From positions 1,575 to 65,574 of the forward strand of contig CAZJUB010000010.1 in NCBI GenBank assembly GCA_964549075.1: a DNA stretch of 64,000 bases, given 5' to 3'. The DNA is from an uncultured archaeon. GTDB lineage: Archaea > Asgardarchaeota > Heimdallarchaeia > Heimdallarchaeales > Heimdallarchaeaceae. The position numbers and the translations under genes were made by a program. The notes beneath the pieces are model-generated. The model was given only the letters and a program-made list of their open reading frames with translations, had not been told where the DNA came from and made no database searches. Positions 48,621 through 57,426 of the stretch are shown one piece after another (position 1 is the stretch's first letter; each line of letters begins with the position of its first letter).

Positions 48621-49493
48621 GTGACTACCGATTATTCAATTGTTATAGATTCTCCCTCCGACTTCCCAAGAATACTGCAAAGCAAACATGAGATATTCAT
48701 TGTACCTTCGAGAGTACATATAGGGGATAAGACCTACAAAGATAGAGTAGGAATTACACGAAAAACACTTTTTTATGAACTTGATCGCGCAAAAAAAGAT
48801 ATTTGGACTACAGAAGCTCCAGTATCAGATTTCATTGAAGCTTTTGATCAAGCGAAAGAAGTCTCTGATCACATTCTCTATCTTGGAATCAGTCATAAAC
48901 TGAGTAAGTCCTTTCAAAATGCTACAATAGCTGCTCGAAAATATAGAGGTCGTATTACTCTTATTGACACTTTGTCTATTTCTCATGGAGTAACATTGAT
49001 GGTTCAACATGCTTTACTAAGAAGAGAACAAGGAATTGAATTAGTTCCACTTGTTCATGAAATAAATGAGATGATCACAAACACTCGTTTATATGTCTTA
49101 GTAGAGAATCTCAAATATTTGTACAAAGGAGGAAGAATAGGAAGAGCTCAACAAACAATAGGCACTCTACTAAACATAAATCCTCTCTTACATCTTGTTG
49201 ATGGGGAACTAGATGCATTGATGAGTATTAGAGGAACAAAAGCTAGTTTTGAAGCAATAACTGAAAAAATATCAGAGCATGCAAAGGAGTTTAAAAATTT
49301 CGCATTAGCAGGATCATATGGAAAAGAAAGTGAAGTATTTGAGGAACTGTCGACTTCCATCAAAGTGAAATTAAATCCTTTATTTTACTGTTATGATGAG
49401 ATAGGTCCAGCAGTTTTAACCAATGTTGGTCCAATTGTAGAAGCTCTCTTCATATCCAAAATTCCAGATAAAGCAGTTGAAGCTTATAAGTAA
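48621..49493 (+). CDS. DegV family (fatty-acid-binding) protein, copy 2
   Basis: VIDSPSDF...IVPSRVHIGDKTYKD and KGGRIG. It is a paralog of 41658-42509. Confidence 0.8.
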   Translation: MTTDYSIVIDSPSDFPRILQSKHEIFIVPSRVHIGDKTYKDRVGITRKTLFYELDRAKKDIWTTEAPVSDFIEAFDQAKEVSDHILYLGISHKLSKSFQNATIAARKYRGRITLIDTLSISHGVTLMVQHALLRREQGIELVPLVHEINEMITNTRLYVLVENLKYLYKGGRIGRAQQTIGTLLNINPLLHLVDGELDALMSIRGTKASFEAITEKISEHAKEFKNFALAGSYGKESEVFEELSTSIKVKLNPLFYCYDEIGPAVLTNVGPIVEALFISKIPDKAVEAYK

Positions 49494-49500
49494 GTTCATT

Positions 49501-50331
49501 CTATTCCTTTACAGCTTTAATTGAGAATATCATCGGAACACTGTACTTATTATTTTTAAATTTCCATACTCCTCTCTCAACTTCTTCTAGAAAAGGAAAT
49601 TGAGGAAAAAGTGTATAAGGATATTCTTTTACTGATACTATTTTTAAGCCTTCATTAATTAGAGCAGTTATAATGTCTCCAAAAGTGTGTTGCCATTCAA
49701 AAGTATCTACGTTTTTGATTTCAACATCTTGTTCAGTATAAGTGTACTCAGATTTAAAATGGATGGGATCTTTTCCTTGGAAATATGGATATTTGTATAC
49801 AAGTTCAGATTCATGTTCATCATCAAAAATCCACATAAATGGATGAAATTCAGCTATAAAGAAAGTTCCTCCCTTCTTAAGATATTTAGAAACTATTTTT
49901 GCCCATCCTTCTAAATCAGGTAACCAAACTAAAACACCATAGGAAGTAAATATAATATCAAATTCTTCATCAAGAATTTTAGGTAGATCATAGATATTTG
50001 CACAAAGGAATTCAGCAGGTAATCTCAATTTCTTATTAATTGAATTAGCTAAATTTATTGCAACATCTGAGTAGTCTACTCCTACCACTTTTGAAGCTCC
50101 TAATCTAGCCCAAGAAAGTGTATCCATCCCAAATTGACATTGTAAATGAAGAAGGGACTTTCCTTTTACATTATTAAGCTCTTTTAACTCAATTTCATGA
50201 AGACTGTTCTTTCCTTTCATAAAACTCTCAAGGTCATAATCTGATGATTTTGCATGAATTGCTGTTGTTTCATTCCACCTTTTGAGATTCTTCTGCATAT
50301 ATTCATCCATATTTATCAAAAATCTTACCAA
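49501..50331 (-). CDS. Class I SAM-dependent methyltransferase
   Basis: Motif I region LLHLQCQFGMDT..GA.KVVGVDYS and a post-I/II pattern. Confidence 0.7.
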   Translation of the reverse strand: MVRFLINMDEYMQKNLKRWNETTAIHAKSSDYDLESFMKGKNSLHEIELKELNNVKGKSLLHLQCQFGMDTLSWARLGASKVVGVDYSDVAINLANSINKKLRLPAEFLCANIYDLPKILDEEFDIIFTSYGVLVWLPDLEGWAKIVSKYLKKGGTFFIAEFHPFMWIFDDEHESELVYKYPYFQGKDPIHFKSEYTYTEQDVEIKNVDTFEWQHTFGDIITALINEGLKIVSVKEYPYTLFPQFPFLEEVERGVWKFKNNKYSVPMIFSIKAVKE

Positions 50332-50360
50332 AATTGAACTTAAAATTCTATCTTTTAATT

Positions 50361-50405
50361 AGAAAAAGGAAAAAGGAAAAAGGAAAAAAGAAGAGAAAAA
50401 GGAGC
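50361..50405 (-). terminator. Oligo-pyrimidine (CCTTTTT)n tract downstream of the coiled-coil gene
   Basis: The plus strand reads agaaaaaggaaaaaggaaaaaggaaaaaagaagagaaaaaggag. On the minus strand this is a T-rich run directly after the stop at 50408. Confidence 0.4.
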
Positions 50406-50407
50406 TT

Positions 50408-51205
50408 TTATTCTTTTGGAAGTTTAACTTCACGTGTAGCAGGATTAAAATCTATTACACCTAATTCTTCTAGAACATTAAGAGAGGATTTCACTAAAAC
50501 AGCGGTTGTATTTGTTAAATCAGCAAGATCATCTATTGTAGTACTTTCTGGATGAGCATCTACTATAGCTAAGTAAATTTTCCCTTGTTCTGTAGATTTC
50601 AAAATTCTCTTGATGCTATCATTTTGTGCCATAATAGGTTCTTCTTTAGACTTAAATTCTGTATATTCTTTCTCTACAGCTCCAAGTTTTTGTTTTAGCT
50701 CTTTCTCAAGAGTCTTTACTTGATCGTATTGAGTTTGAAGTGCTTCATAATCTGCTTTTATTTTAGCCATTTGATTTAATGAATCTTTGAGTTCTTTCTC
50801 TGCTTTCTTCAAATTGCCATCTTTCTCTTTAATAAGGACGTCTTTCTCCTTAACTTGTTCACGATATTTCTCTAGTAATTCGTCTTTCTCAGCTAATTTC
50901 TCAAGTTCTTCTTCCATTTGTTCTTTAAGACTGCTGAGCTCACCTATCGTTTGTTGAAGCAAATCATCTTGTTCTTCAAGTTTTTCTTCAAAATTTGTTT
51001 TAAGGGATTTTACTTCGAGATTGGTACTTTTTACAAGATTATCAAAATCTTTAGAAGTATTTTCTAATTTCTCTACTCTCATATCTTTCTGTTTCTTTTC
51101 ATCATTTATGAATTTCTCAAGTGTATTTATTTTACTCTCAATATTCTTAATATCTTGAGTAAGCTCTTCGTTGCTTTTTTTCTTAACCATAAGGGACACC
51201 AACAA
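50408..51205 (-). CDS. Coiled-coil protein with a C-terminal winged-helix domain
   Basis: About 190 aa of heptad-like E/K/L sequence are followed by IYLAIVDAHPESTTIDDLADLTNTTAVLVKSSLNVLEELGVIDF. Confidence 0.55.
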   Translation of the reverse strand: MLVSLMVKKKSNEELTQDIKNIESKINTLEKFINDEKKQKDMRVEKLENTSKDFDNLVKSTNLEVKSLKTNFEEKLEEQDDLLQQTIGELSSLKEQMEEELEKLAEKDELLEKYREQVKEKDVLIKEKDGNLKKAEKELKDSLNQMAKIKADYEALQTQYDQVKTLEKELKQKLGAVEKEYTEFKSKEEPIMAQNDSIKRILKSTEQGKIYLAIVDAHPESTTIDDLADLTNTTAVLVKSSLNVLEELGVIDFNPATREVKLPKE

Positions 51206-51261
51206 TTATAATATATAAGTGTAAGAAAAATTGAATTTTAAGATTATCTATTGTGAAAAGA

Positions 51262-52050
51262 TTAATTGTCTCTTACTTTTCTTCCAACGGGTGCAAGATA
51301 TACTGTAAACTCATCTTCTCCATTGACACCTAATACTTCGTCTGCTATCTCCTGGTTATACGCAGCAATTGCACAGGTACCAAGATTTAGAGCCTCACAG
51401 GCTAGATATAGATTCTGACATATATGACCTGCTTCAATAGCGATAACTTTGAAAGAAGGAATTGAATATCTCCATTCCATTCTATATGGAATAGTAACAA
51501 AGAAGAAAATCACAGCTCCTTTGAGTATGAAAGGTTGAGAAACCAACTCCTTCAGCTCATTTTTATCAACTTCCTTTTTAGCTTTTATGAGTAAAAGCTT
51601 GTGTCCTATTGCTATATAGCGATAAATCCCTGGTTCTAATTTTTCAACATTATTAACCAAGATATAAATCTCATATGGATGTCTAGCTCCTCCCGAAGGA
51701 ACTGTTCGTTTAGTGCCAGCACCATGGTGTTTAGTAACCTCATGAACACCATCACTAGCCCATAAGAGATATGATAGTTCCTCAAAAGATATAGGTTCTG
51801 AAGTATATGCACGATGACTTCTTCTGTCTAAAAGAGATTGAAAGAGGGTATGATCTTTTCCAATTGTAAAATCTTCTACCTTAATCAAATCGATCAGTTC
51901 TGCGTCTTTAGGATACGGTTTTTGAAGAGGAGGATTTGCTACTTTTTTCTGTTGATCTGTTTGAAATCCATCAGGAAAAACTTCAAGATCATCATCAAAG
52001 ACTCTAAGAAGTCTTCTATACTTAAGAATTAAATCTCTATTCAATGACAT
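51262..52050 (-). CDS. SagB-type dehydrogenase domain protein (nitroreductase superfamily)
   Basis: RRSHRAYTSEPISFEELSYLLWA, VPSGGARHPYEIY and GIYRY..GHKL match the SagB/ThcOx-type pattern. Confidence 0.7.
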   Translation of the reverse strand: MSLNRDLILKYRRLLRVFDDDLEVFPDGFQTDQQKKVANPPLQKPYPKDAELIDLIKVEDFTIGKDHTLFQSLLDRRSHRAYTSEPISFEELSYLLWASDGVHEVTKHHGAGTKRTVPSGGARHPYEIYILVNNVEKLEPGIYRYIAIGHKLLLIKAKKEVDKNELKELVSQPFILKGAVIFFFVTIPYRMEWRYSIPSFKVIAIEAGHICQNLYLACEALNLGTCAIAAYNQEIADEVLGVNGEDEFTVYLAPVGRKVRDN

Positions 52051-52169
52051 AAGATAAAATTAGTGTTTAGTGCATTTAAGTATAATCCATAAAAAAAAGA
52101 AAAAAAAGAAAAAAATAGAAAGGAGAGCTATCGTAAAGAAAGAAAGGAGGTAGTAACTTCGCGGGTAAT

Positions 52170-52427
52170 CTAAAATCCTACTACCTTTGCTTTTAATTCC
52201 AAAGCTTTATTCCTTTCTTTTATAAGGTCTTTCTTGATTAAATAATCTTGATATATTTTATTTGCAGGACATTTATTTTCATAATGTTGACATTCGAAGA
52301 TTGTTTCTGCAATCTGATCAATCATTTTGAAAATTTCTTCTTCTTTCTCAAACTCATATTTATGTAATTCAGCAAGATTCTTGAAAGATCTTCTGAAGAT
52401 ACTTTTATATTCTGTTTTCAGTGCCAT
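52170..52427 (-). CDS. Small helical protein, family S (copy S1)
   Basis: 85 aa. It is a paralog of 52536-52799 (shared SFK.L.E...YEF..EE..F....Q.AE). A T-rich tract follows on the minus strand. Confidence 0.5.
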   Translation of the reverse strand: MALKTEYKSIFRRSFKNLAELHKYEFEKEEEIFKMIDQIAETIFECQHYENKCPANKIYQDYLIKKDLIKERNKALELKAKVVGF

Positions 52428-52535
52428 TTTACTACCACCTCTAAGTTATTTTATAGTCTATATTTATTATATAATGCTCACAACTTGTTAACACAACTTG
52501 TGTCATTCATACTAAAAGAAGAATAAGATGAGGGA

Positions 52536-52799
52536 TTAAAGTAAAGAACCTTTATGCAGAATTAGAGTGGTTAAATGTTTAGTTCTCTCTTGCGAGATTT
52601 TTTTTTGGAGGAGATGCTGTTCATAAATTTGATGATCAGCTGAATACTCGTTGTCTAGGTTATAATTCAACATGTTTTCTGCAACTTGTGTTAGGAGTTG
52701 AAACAAGTTCTCTTCTTCAACAAACTCATACTCATATATTTCTTTTAGAGCTTTGAAACTTCTGATTATCTCATTTTTCTGTTCGACTCTTAATACCAT
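52536..52799 (-). CDS. Small helical protein, family S (copy S2)
   Basis: 87 aa. It is a paralog of S1 and is divergent from wHTH paralog P1. Confidence 0.5.
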   Translation of the reverse strand: MVLRVEQKNEIIRSFKALKEIYEYEFVEEENLFQLLTQVAENMLNYNLDNEYSADHQIYEQHLLQKKISQERTKHLTTLILHKGSLL

Positions 52800-52970
52800 T
52801 TTATTTCACCGAGTTTATTTTGTGTTGGAGAGACCATTCTCAGTCTCTGAGAAGACTTTCCCACAAAAATATATAAAGTTTTCTTATTGTGTGAGAATTG
52901 CAAGTCAGATGTTCAGAATATCTTCTTTGTTCAACAGAAAACTATTTAAACATCTAAAGGATAAATTTAA

Positions 52971-53816
52971 ATGGTGAAGGAAAAAATGAGCGTACCAGAG
53001 CCTCACGACGTAATTACTTACGAGCAAAAAGCTGTCGAAATTGTTAAGGAGAGGGAAAAAGTTGAAATGTTTTATGATCAAGGATACTGGCCTATTCTGG
53101 TAATTTTGAGAGAGGGACCTCTTACTGTCAGAGACATGACTGAGAAATCCAATAATCTTATTGAAAAGAAACTTAACCCTGTACTTGATAAAGAACTTAG
53201 AGATTATAAAGTAACTAAAGAAGAACTTGAGGAAGAACTCAAGAAAGTTTCCACTTTTTCTCCTGAAGAGAAAAAAATGTTAAAGGAAAAAGAAACTTTT
53301 TCTGATTCTGACATTAAAATAATAAAAAATAGGATAAAAGAGTACAGGTTAAGTAAAGAACAAAAATCAGAAAAAACTATCTACAGATATGTTAAAGATT
53401 TAACTCAAGCTGGACTTATAGTCCCAGCTGGGCAGAGAGTTATAACAGGAAAAACTGCAACTGAAACTCTTTATTCAAGAAAAGCAAGAATTTTCATTAT
53501 CAGACAACATCCAGATGATACTTGGCATTGTGATGAATGTAAATCAACACTTTCCAAGGTTAGTAAAATGCTTGCACTATCAATGGGAATTAAAGAACCA
53601 AAAGTAGAAAATCTCGCGAAATTGATGTCCAATATTGATATGTATCATGAAGATGAACAGATAAGATTGTTTGAACAATATGATGATGAGATAAAGGAAA
53701 TGATTAAAGATTGTTCTTTTACAGAAACAAATCGTGTTCTTGAAACCTTCAAAACCATTTATTTGATATTGAAAGTTGATGAATTTAAGGATGAAATAAA
53801 GAAATGCTTTGAATAA
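52971..53816 (+). CDS. Lineage-specific winged-helix protein, paralog P1 (with K/E-rich insert)
   Basis: ILVILREGPLTVRDM, TIYRYVKDLTQAGLIVPAGQRVITGKTATETLYSRKARIF, and C-terminal EFKDEIKKCFE. Confidence 0.65.
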   Translation: MVKEKMSVPEPHDVITYEQKAVEIVKEREKVEMFYDQGYWPILVILREGPLTVRDMTEKSNNLIEKKLNPVLDKELRDYKVTKEELEEELKKVSTFSPEEKKMLKEKETFSDSDIKIIKNRIKEYRLSKEQKSEKTIYRYVKDLTQAGLIVPAGQRVITGKTATETLYSRKARIFIIRQHPDDTWHCDECKSTLSKVSKMLALSMGIKEPKVENLAKLMSNIDMYHEDEQIRLFEQYDDEIKEMIKDCSFTETNRVLETFKTIYLILKVDEFKDEIKKCFE

Positions 53817-53885
53817 GCAGTTTTATTCATTCTTTACTGTTTTTTGAGATAAGTTTTAAGATAAGGTTTACTTTATCTCAGTAAT

Positions 53886-54310
53886 ATGGGAATCACAGAC
53901 GTTCTGGATGATGGATTCGTACAGGATGATGTCATAAAAATAATGGATCCTAGAATTATAAAGTCCTTGAGAAAGACAAGTATAAATTCATTCTTAATAT
54001 TTTGAAAGAAAAGCCAATGACAGCAAGGGAAAGAGTATGAAAATACAATAATAGTATTGAAATTGAGTAGAGAAAAACAATGAATAACAAACTAGATATA
54101 TCAGAGGAGCTTTGGCAAAAATCTTTTAAGCTTATGCAAAAGAAATGTATTGCTGAACGCACCCCTTACAGATATCTCAAAGTATTAACATCAATAAAAT
54201 TATTAGCAAAAGTAGGTAGAAGATCAATATAAGGAAGAAGAGCAACTGAAGTACTTTACGCAAGAAGTGCGAAAACTATCCTTGTTGGTCAAGAGTCTAT
54301 TGAAATGTAA
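53886..54310 (+). pseudogene. Decayed, 3'-truncated copy of the winged-helix paralog family
   Basis: Reads MGITDVLDDGFVQDDVIKIMDPRIIK, then a frameshift, then VLEKDKYKFILNILKEKPMTARERV*KYNN...E*...RTPYRYLKVLTSIKLLAKVGRRSI*GRRATEVLYARSAKTILVGQESIEM*. It is colinear with P2 (54387-55070). Confidence 0.7.
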
Positions 54311-54386
54311 GAAAGAGTTTAGAAAGGCAATATTTTCCTCTTTTTTAGAAAAGTTTTAAGATAGATTTTTCTGTACTCGTTTTATA

Positions 54387-55070
54387 ATGGAATTTAGAGA
54401 TTTTCTAGATGCTAATTTTAAGAAAGAAGTTATACGAATCATTCGTGACCCTAAACTTATCGAATACTTTGAAGATGAGAATTTCTCTATTATCCTTAAC
54501 CTGTTAAGACAAAAACCAATGACTGTTAAGGAATTAACTAAAAAATATAACGAGTATGTTACAGAGAAAGGTACCAAAGAGAGATTACCTCAACAGCGTA
54601 TTATAGAAAATCTTCGCACAGATAAAACAATGTATAGGTACATTAAATCACTAACGAAATCCAAACTTATTGCTCCAGCTGGTCAACGTATGGTAATAGG
54701 TAAGACTCAAACAGAGGTACTTTATGACAGAACTGCTAAGATTTTTTATGTAAGTCAAGAGTCTCTGGATTGGTGGTTAGGGGAGGAAGGTGTAAGGACG
54801 GTAACTACTGTAGCAGGTATAGTAGGCTTATTACAAAAAAAGACTAATCCTTCAGTTGAGTGCCTTACACAGTTAATTCATCAATTATTGCAAGAAAATG
54901 AAGAAGTGTTATTTAATCTATTTACTGAAAAACAAGATGAAGTTACAAAACTTATTTATGCAATAGAAGGTAGAGAAACAGACCGAGCCATCTATATTAC
55001 GAGCATTCTTCTTGCTATATTAAATAGTGATGAATATAAGAAAGAACTAGAGAAATGTCTCGGGGATTAA
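54387..55070 (+). CDS. Lineage-specific winged-helix protein, paralog P2
   Basis: ILNLLRQKPMTVKELTKKYNEY, TMYRYIKSLTKSKLIAPAGQRMVIGKTQTEVLYDRTAKIF, and C-terminal DEYKKELEKCLGD. Confidence 0.65.
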   Translation: MEFRDFLDANFKKEVIRIIRDPKLIEYFEDENFSIILNLLRQKPMTVKELTKKYNEYVTEKGTKERLPQQRIIENLRTDKTMYRYIKSLTKSKLIAPAGQRMVIGKTQTEVLYDRTAKIFYVSQESLDWWLGEEGVRTVTTVAGIVGLLQKKTNPSVECLTQLIHQLLQENEEVLFNLFTEKQDEVTKLIYAIEGRETDRAIYITSILLAILNSDEYKKELEKCLGD

Positions 55071-55123
55071 TAAAATGCTGTTTTTCGCGAGGTAAGTATT
55101 TATACTAGTTTTTTCTAGCCTTT

Positions 55124-55462
55124 TTGATGACAGAAATAGCTTATCATTTACTTTGTGATTGTAAAAAAGCAGTGAATGCCTATTCCTGTCCAGTAGGTTT
55201 GCTCAAACCTACTACTAAATTCAATTATGATTATTATCATTGCCCACATTGCAATTTTGATTATATATGTGATCATTCTATAAAGATAGAATTTGAGTAT
55301 GATGAGAAAGGTCTCCCTGAACAAAATCAGATCGTATGTGGCCGATGTGGTTCACGATTAGAAGCTTACATGTGGCCCAAACCACCAGAAGAGTTAGAAG
55401 AAGGAGCATATGGTACAAAGTATGTAAGTATTTACAGACGCAATTACCGATACTCGATATAA
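55124..55462 (+). CDS. Small Cys-rich (zinc-ribbon-like) protein, family A, second copy
   Basis: HLLCDCKKAVNAYSCP...YHCPHCNFDYIC...CGRCGSRLEAYMWP is colinear with 40750-41010. Confidence 0.6.
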   Translation: MMTEIAYHLLCDCKKAVNAYSCPVGLLKPTTKFNYDYYHCPHCNFDYICDHSIKIEFEYDEKGLPEQNQIVCGRCGSRLEAYMWPKPPEELEEGAYGTKYVSIYRRNYRYSI

Positions 55463-55500
55463 GTGAAAACAGAGCTCAAAGAAGAATTTCAACCGATTCA

Positions 55501-55818
55501 TCAATTTATATAAGAATAACTGGATGTACTTTTATCTGATTTTCTTTTGGAAGAGTTAGTGTAACTATATTCTTCCGTTATGTCCTTAAGCGTTCGATTT
55601 ATAATAGAATTAGGATTAAAGAACTTTAAATCAAAAGTCGCTGAACATTTGGAACATTCACATGTAACAATATCAAAATGGTAACCTTCCTCAATAATAG
55701 GCATTTTATGTTTTGAAAAACAACCACTACTTTCTTTACATTCTACACAATACATTTTTCTTATGAAGATTTCAACATCCGCTGATTTTTCTACGGGTAT
55801 TATAAATTCATACACCAT
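55501..55818 (-). CDS. Small Cys-rich protein, family B
   Basis: The pattern CVECKESSGC...TCECSKCS suggests a zinc ribbon. It lies downstream of P4-P3 on the same strand. Confidence 0.45.
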   Translation of the reverse strand: MVYEFIIPVEKSADVEIFIRKMYCVECKESSGCFSKHKMPIIEEGYHFDIVTCECSKCSATFDLKFFNPNSIINRTLKDITEEYSYTNSSKRKSDKSTSSYSYIN

Positions 55819-55997
55819 CTATTATCATCTTTGCTGGTTTTCCAACAGACACCCTTATGAAATATTTATCAAAATAGATATAGATATCTTTCCATAGTTG
55901 CATCAGACTATCTGTTTTTATTCTGGTTTTTTAATAATTAATTTAACTGATTAACATATACTGTATAATCTTTGTGATACATGTAATAACAGTTTAT

Positions 55998-56630
55998 TTA
56001 AGGAAAGCATGTTTTTAGATTCATGTCATATTGTTCTGATTCTAAAAGAATCATTACTAAAGAAAAAAGGTTGATAACTTCTCTAACTTCTTCTTGACTA
56101 CTACCTGTAAAGATAGCTCTTAAAGAATCACTGTAGTTAGTAACATAGCCCTTTAGTTTTTCTGTAGGAATTGAATAAATATGTATGAGTAATTTTTTAA
56201 AATTAGGAGTATCAACAGGTGATTCTCCAGTGTAAAAGGCAAGTAATTGTCTTATAGTGTTCAATAATTCCTTACCGTTTTCTGTATCCCAAAAACCTTC
56301 TGACATCATTGTCATAGGGATCATTAAAAGCGCTTTACGTGAGTATAACTGAGTAGCTGCTGTACTACCGCGAATTAATCTTTGACCTGCTTTAATCACC
56401 AAGTCTACATCCTGGAGGGATTTAATATAATTGTATATTGTAATTTCTGATTTTGGTTTAGAAACATGTTTGTTGTACTCAAAAGTAATTTCCTTTATTG
56501 GCATCGGACCTTTTCGAAGAAGATCTAATAATATTGCAAATTTTGGATCATTATATGCCTTTAATTGTTTCTTATCCTCTACAATCATCAAAGGTTCAGG
56601 TTCTTGGATAATATAATCTTCGCGACTCAT
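55998..56630 (-). CDS. Lineage-specific winged-helix protein, paralog P3
   Basis: ILLDLLRKGPMPIKEITFEYNKH, TIYNYIKSLQDVDLVIKAGQRLIRGSTAATQLYSRKA, and C-terminal EQYDMNLKTCFP. It starts 7 nt after the P4 stop. Confidence 0.65.
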   Translation of the reverse strand: MSREDYIIQEPEPLMIVEDKKQLKAYNDPKFAILLDLLRKGPMPIKEITFEYNKHVSKPKSEITIYNYIKSLQDVDLVIKAGQRLIRGSTAATQLYSRKALLMIPMTMMSEGFWDTENGKELLNTIRQLLAFYTGESPVDTPNFKKLLIHIYSIPTEKLKGYVTNYSDSLRAIFTGSSQEEVREVINLFSLVMILLESEQYDMNLKTCFP

Positions 56631-56637
56631 TAAACCA

Positions 56638-57372
56638 TCAATCCTTATTTGTACGTGAGGGGAAACATTTCCTTAGTTCTTCAGCATATTTTTCTTGAGA
56701 TAGCACCATTATTAACACATTAAGAACTTCTGTAGTTCTTGAAAGTTGACTAAAACTTAAAGGTGAAACAATTTCATCTATCTGGTCTGAGTACTTAATA
56801 AAAAGATTACTAACCTCATTTCTGAAATTAGCAAATATTCTATGAAATAAAGCAATTAGATTTTCTTCAGTTAAACCTTCAGATAAAGTGAAAATAGTTA
56901 GAAGTTTTTTAGTTTTTGCTAAAATAGATTTACTTTCATCAGAATCCCAGTATTTTTCAGTCATTACAGAAGAGTAGTAAAGTTTAGCTCTTCGACTATA
57001 AAGTACTTCAGTTGCAGTTTTCCCACTTAAGATCCTCTGACCAGCTTTAAGTATCAAATCTTTTTTTACCAAATCCATCAAATAATTATAAATACTAGTC
57101 TGTTTTTTAGGAGAATCAGCGATCTTATTATATTCATCAACAAGTTCTTTAATCGTCATTGGACCTTTGTTTAGAGCTTCAAAAATGGGACTATACCTTG
57201 AGTCACTGAGTAAACGAAAAGAGTCTTCATCCTCAATGATGAAAATCTGTTGTTGTTCCTCAATAATAAAATCTTTGTAATCCATTAATTCACGTCTAAG
57301 CTCAGTGCTCAAATAAATTTCGCCCACACCAATATAAATATTTTTGAAAAGCCGTTTATTTTTATTGAGCAA
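56638..57372 (-). CDS. Lineage-specific winged-helix protein, paralog P4
   Basis: IFEALNKGPMTIKELVDEYNK, SIYNYLMDLVKKDLILKAGQRILSGKTATEVLYSRRAKLY, and C-terminal EKYAEELRKCFP. The likely true start is the ATG at 57285 (MDYKDF...). Confidence 0.65.
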   Translation of the reverse strand: MLNKNKRLFKNIYIGVGEIYLSTELRRELMDYKDFIIEEQQQIFIIEDEDSFRLLSDSRYSPIFEALNKGPMTIKELVDEYNKIADSPKKQTSIYNYLMDLVKKDLILKAGQRILSGKTATEVLYSRRAKLYYSSVMTEKYWDSDESKSILAKTKKLLTIFTLSEGLTEENLIALFHRIFANFRNEVSNLFIKYSDQIDEIVSPLSFSQLSRTTEVLNVLIMVLSQEKYAEELRKCFPSRTNKD

Positions 57373-57426
57373 TAATCAACTGTTGTGCGAAAACTTTATA
57401 TAATTCTTGAGAGATATTCTCAATAG

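Noticed and set aside
50334-50555. Plus-strand 73-aa ORF starting in the homopurine tract
   Set aside because: Its K/R/E-rich start is just the translated (AAAAAGG)n tract. The remainder is antisense to the coiled-coil gene.
51262-52799. Idea that SagB plus the two upstream small ORFs form a TOMM/RiPP cluster with S1/S2 as precursor peptides
   Set aside because: There is no YcaO or cyclodehydratase gene. S1 and S2 lack a Cys/Ser/Thr-rich core and look like folded helical proteins. A terminator-like T-tract and a separate TATA-like box separate S1 from the SagB gene.
53956-54577. Minus-strand ORFs 53956-54162 and 54356-54577
   Set aside because: They lie antisense to the decayed wHTH copy and to the 5' end of intact paralog P2. 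The plus-strand homology explains the region.
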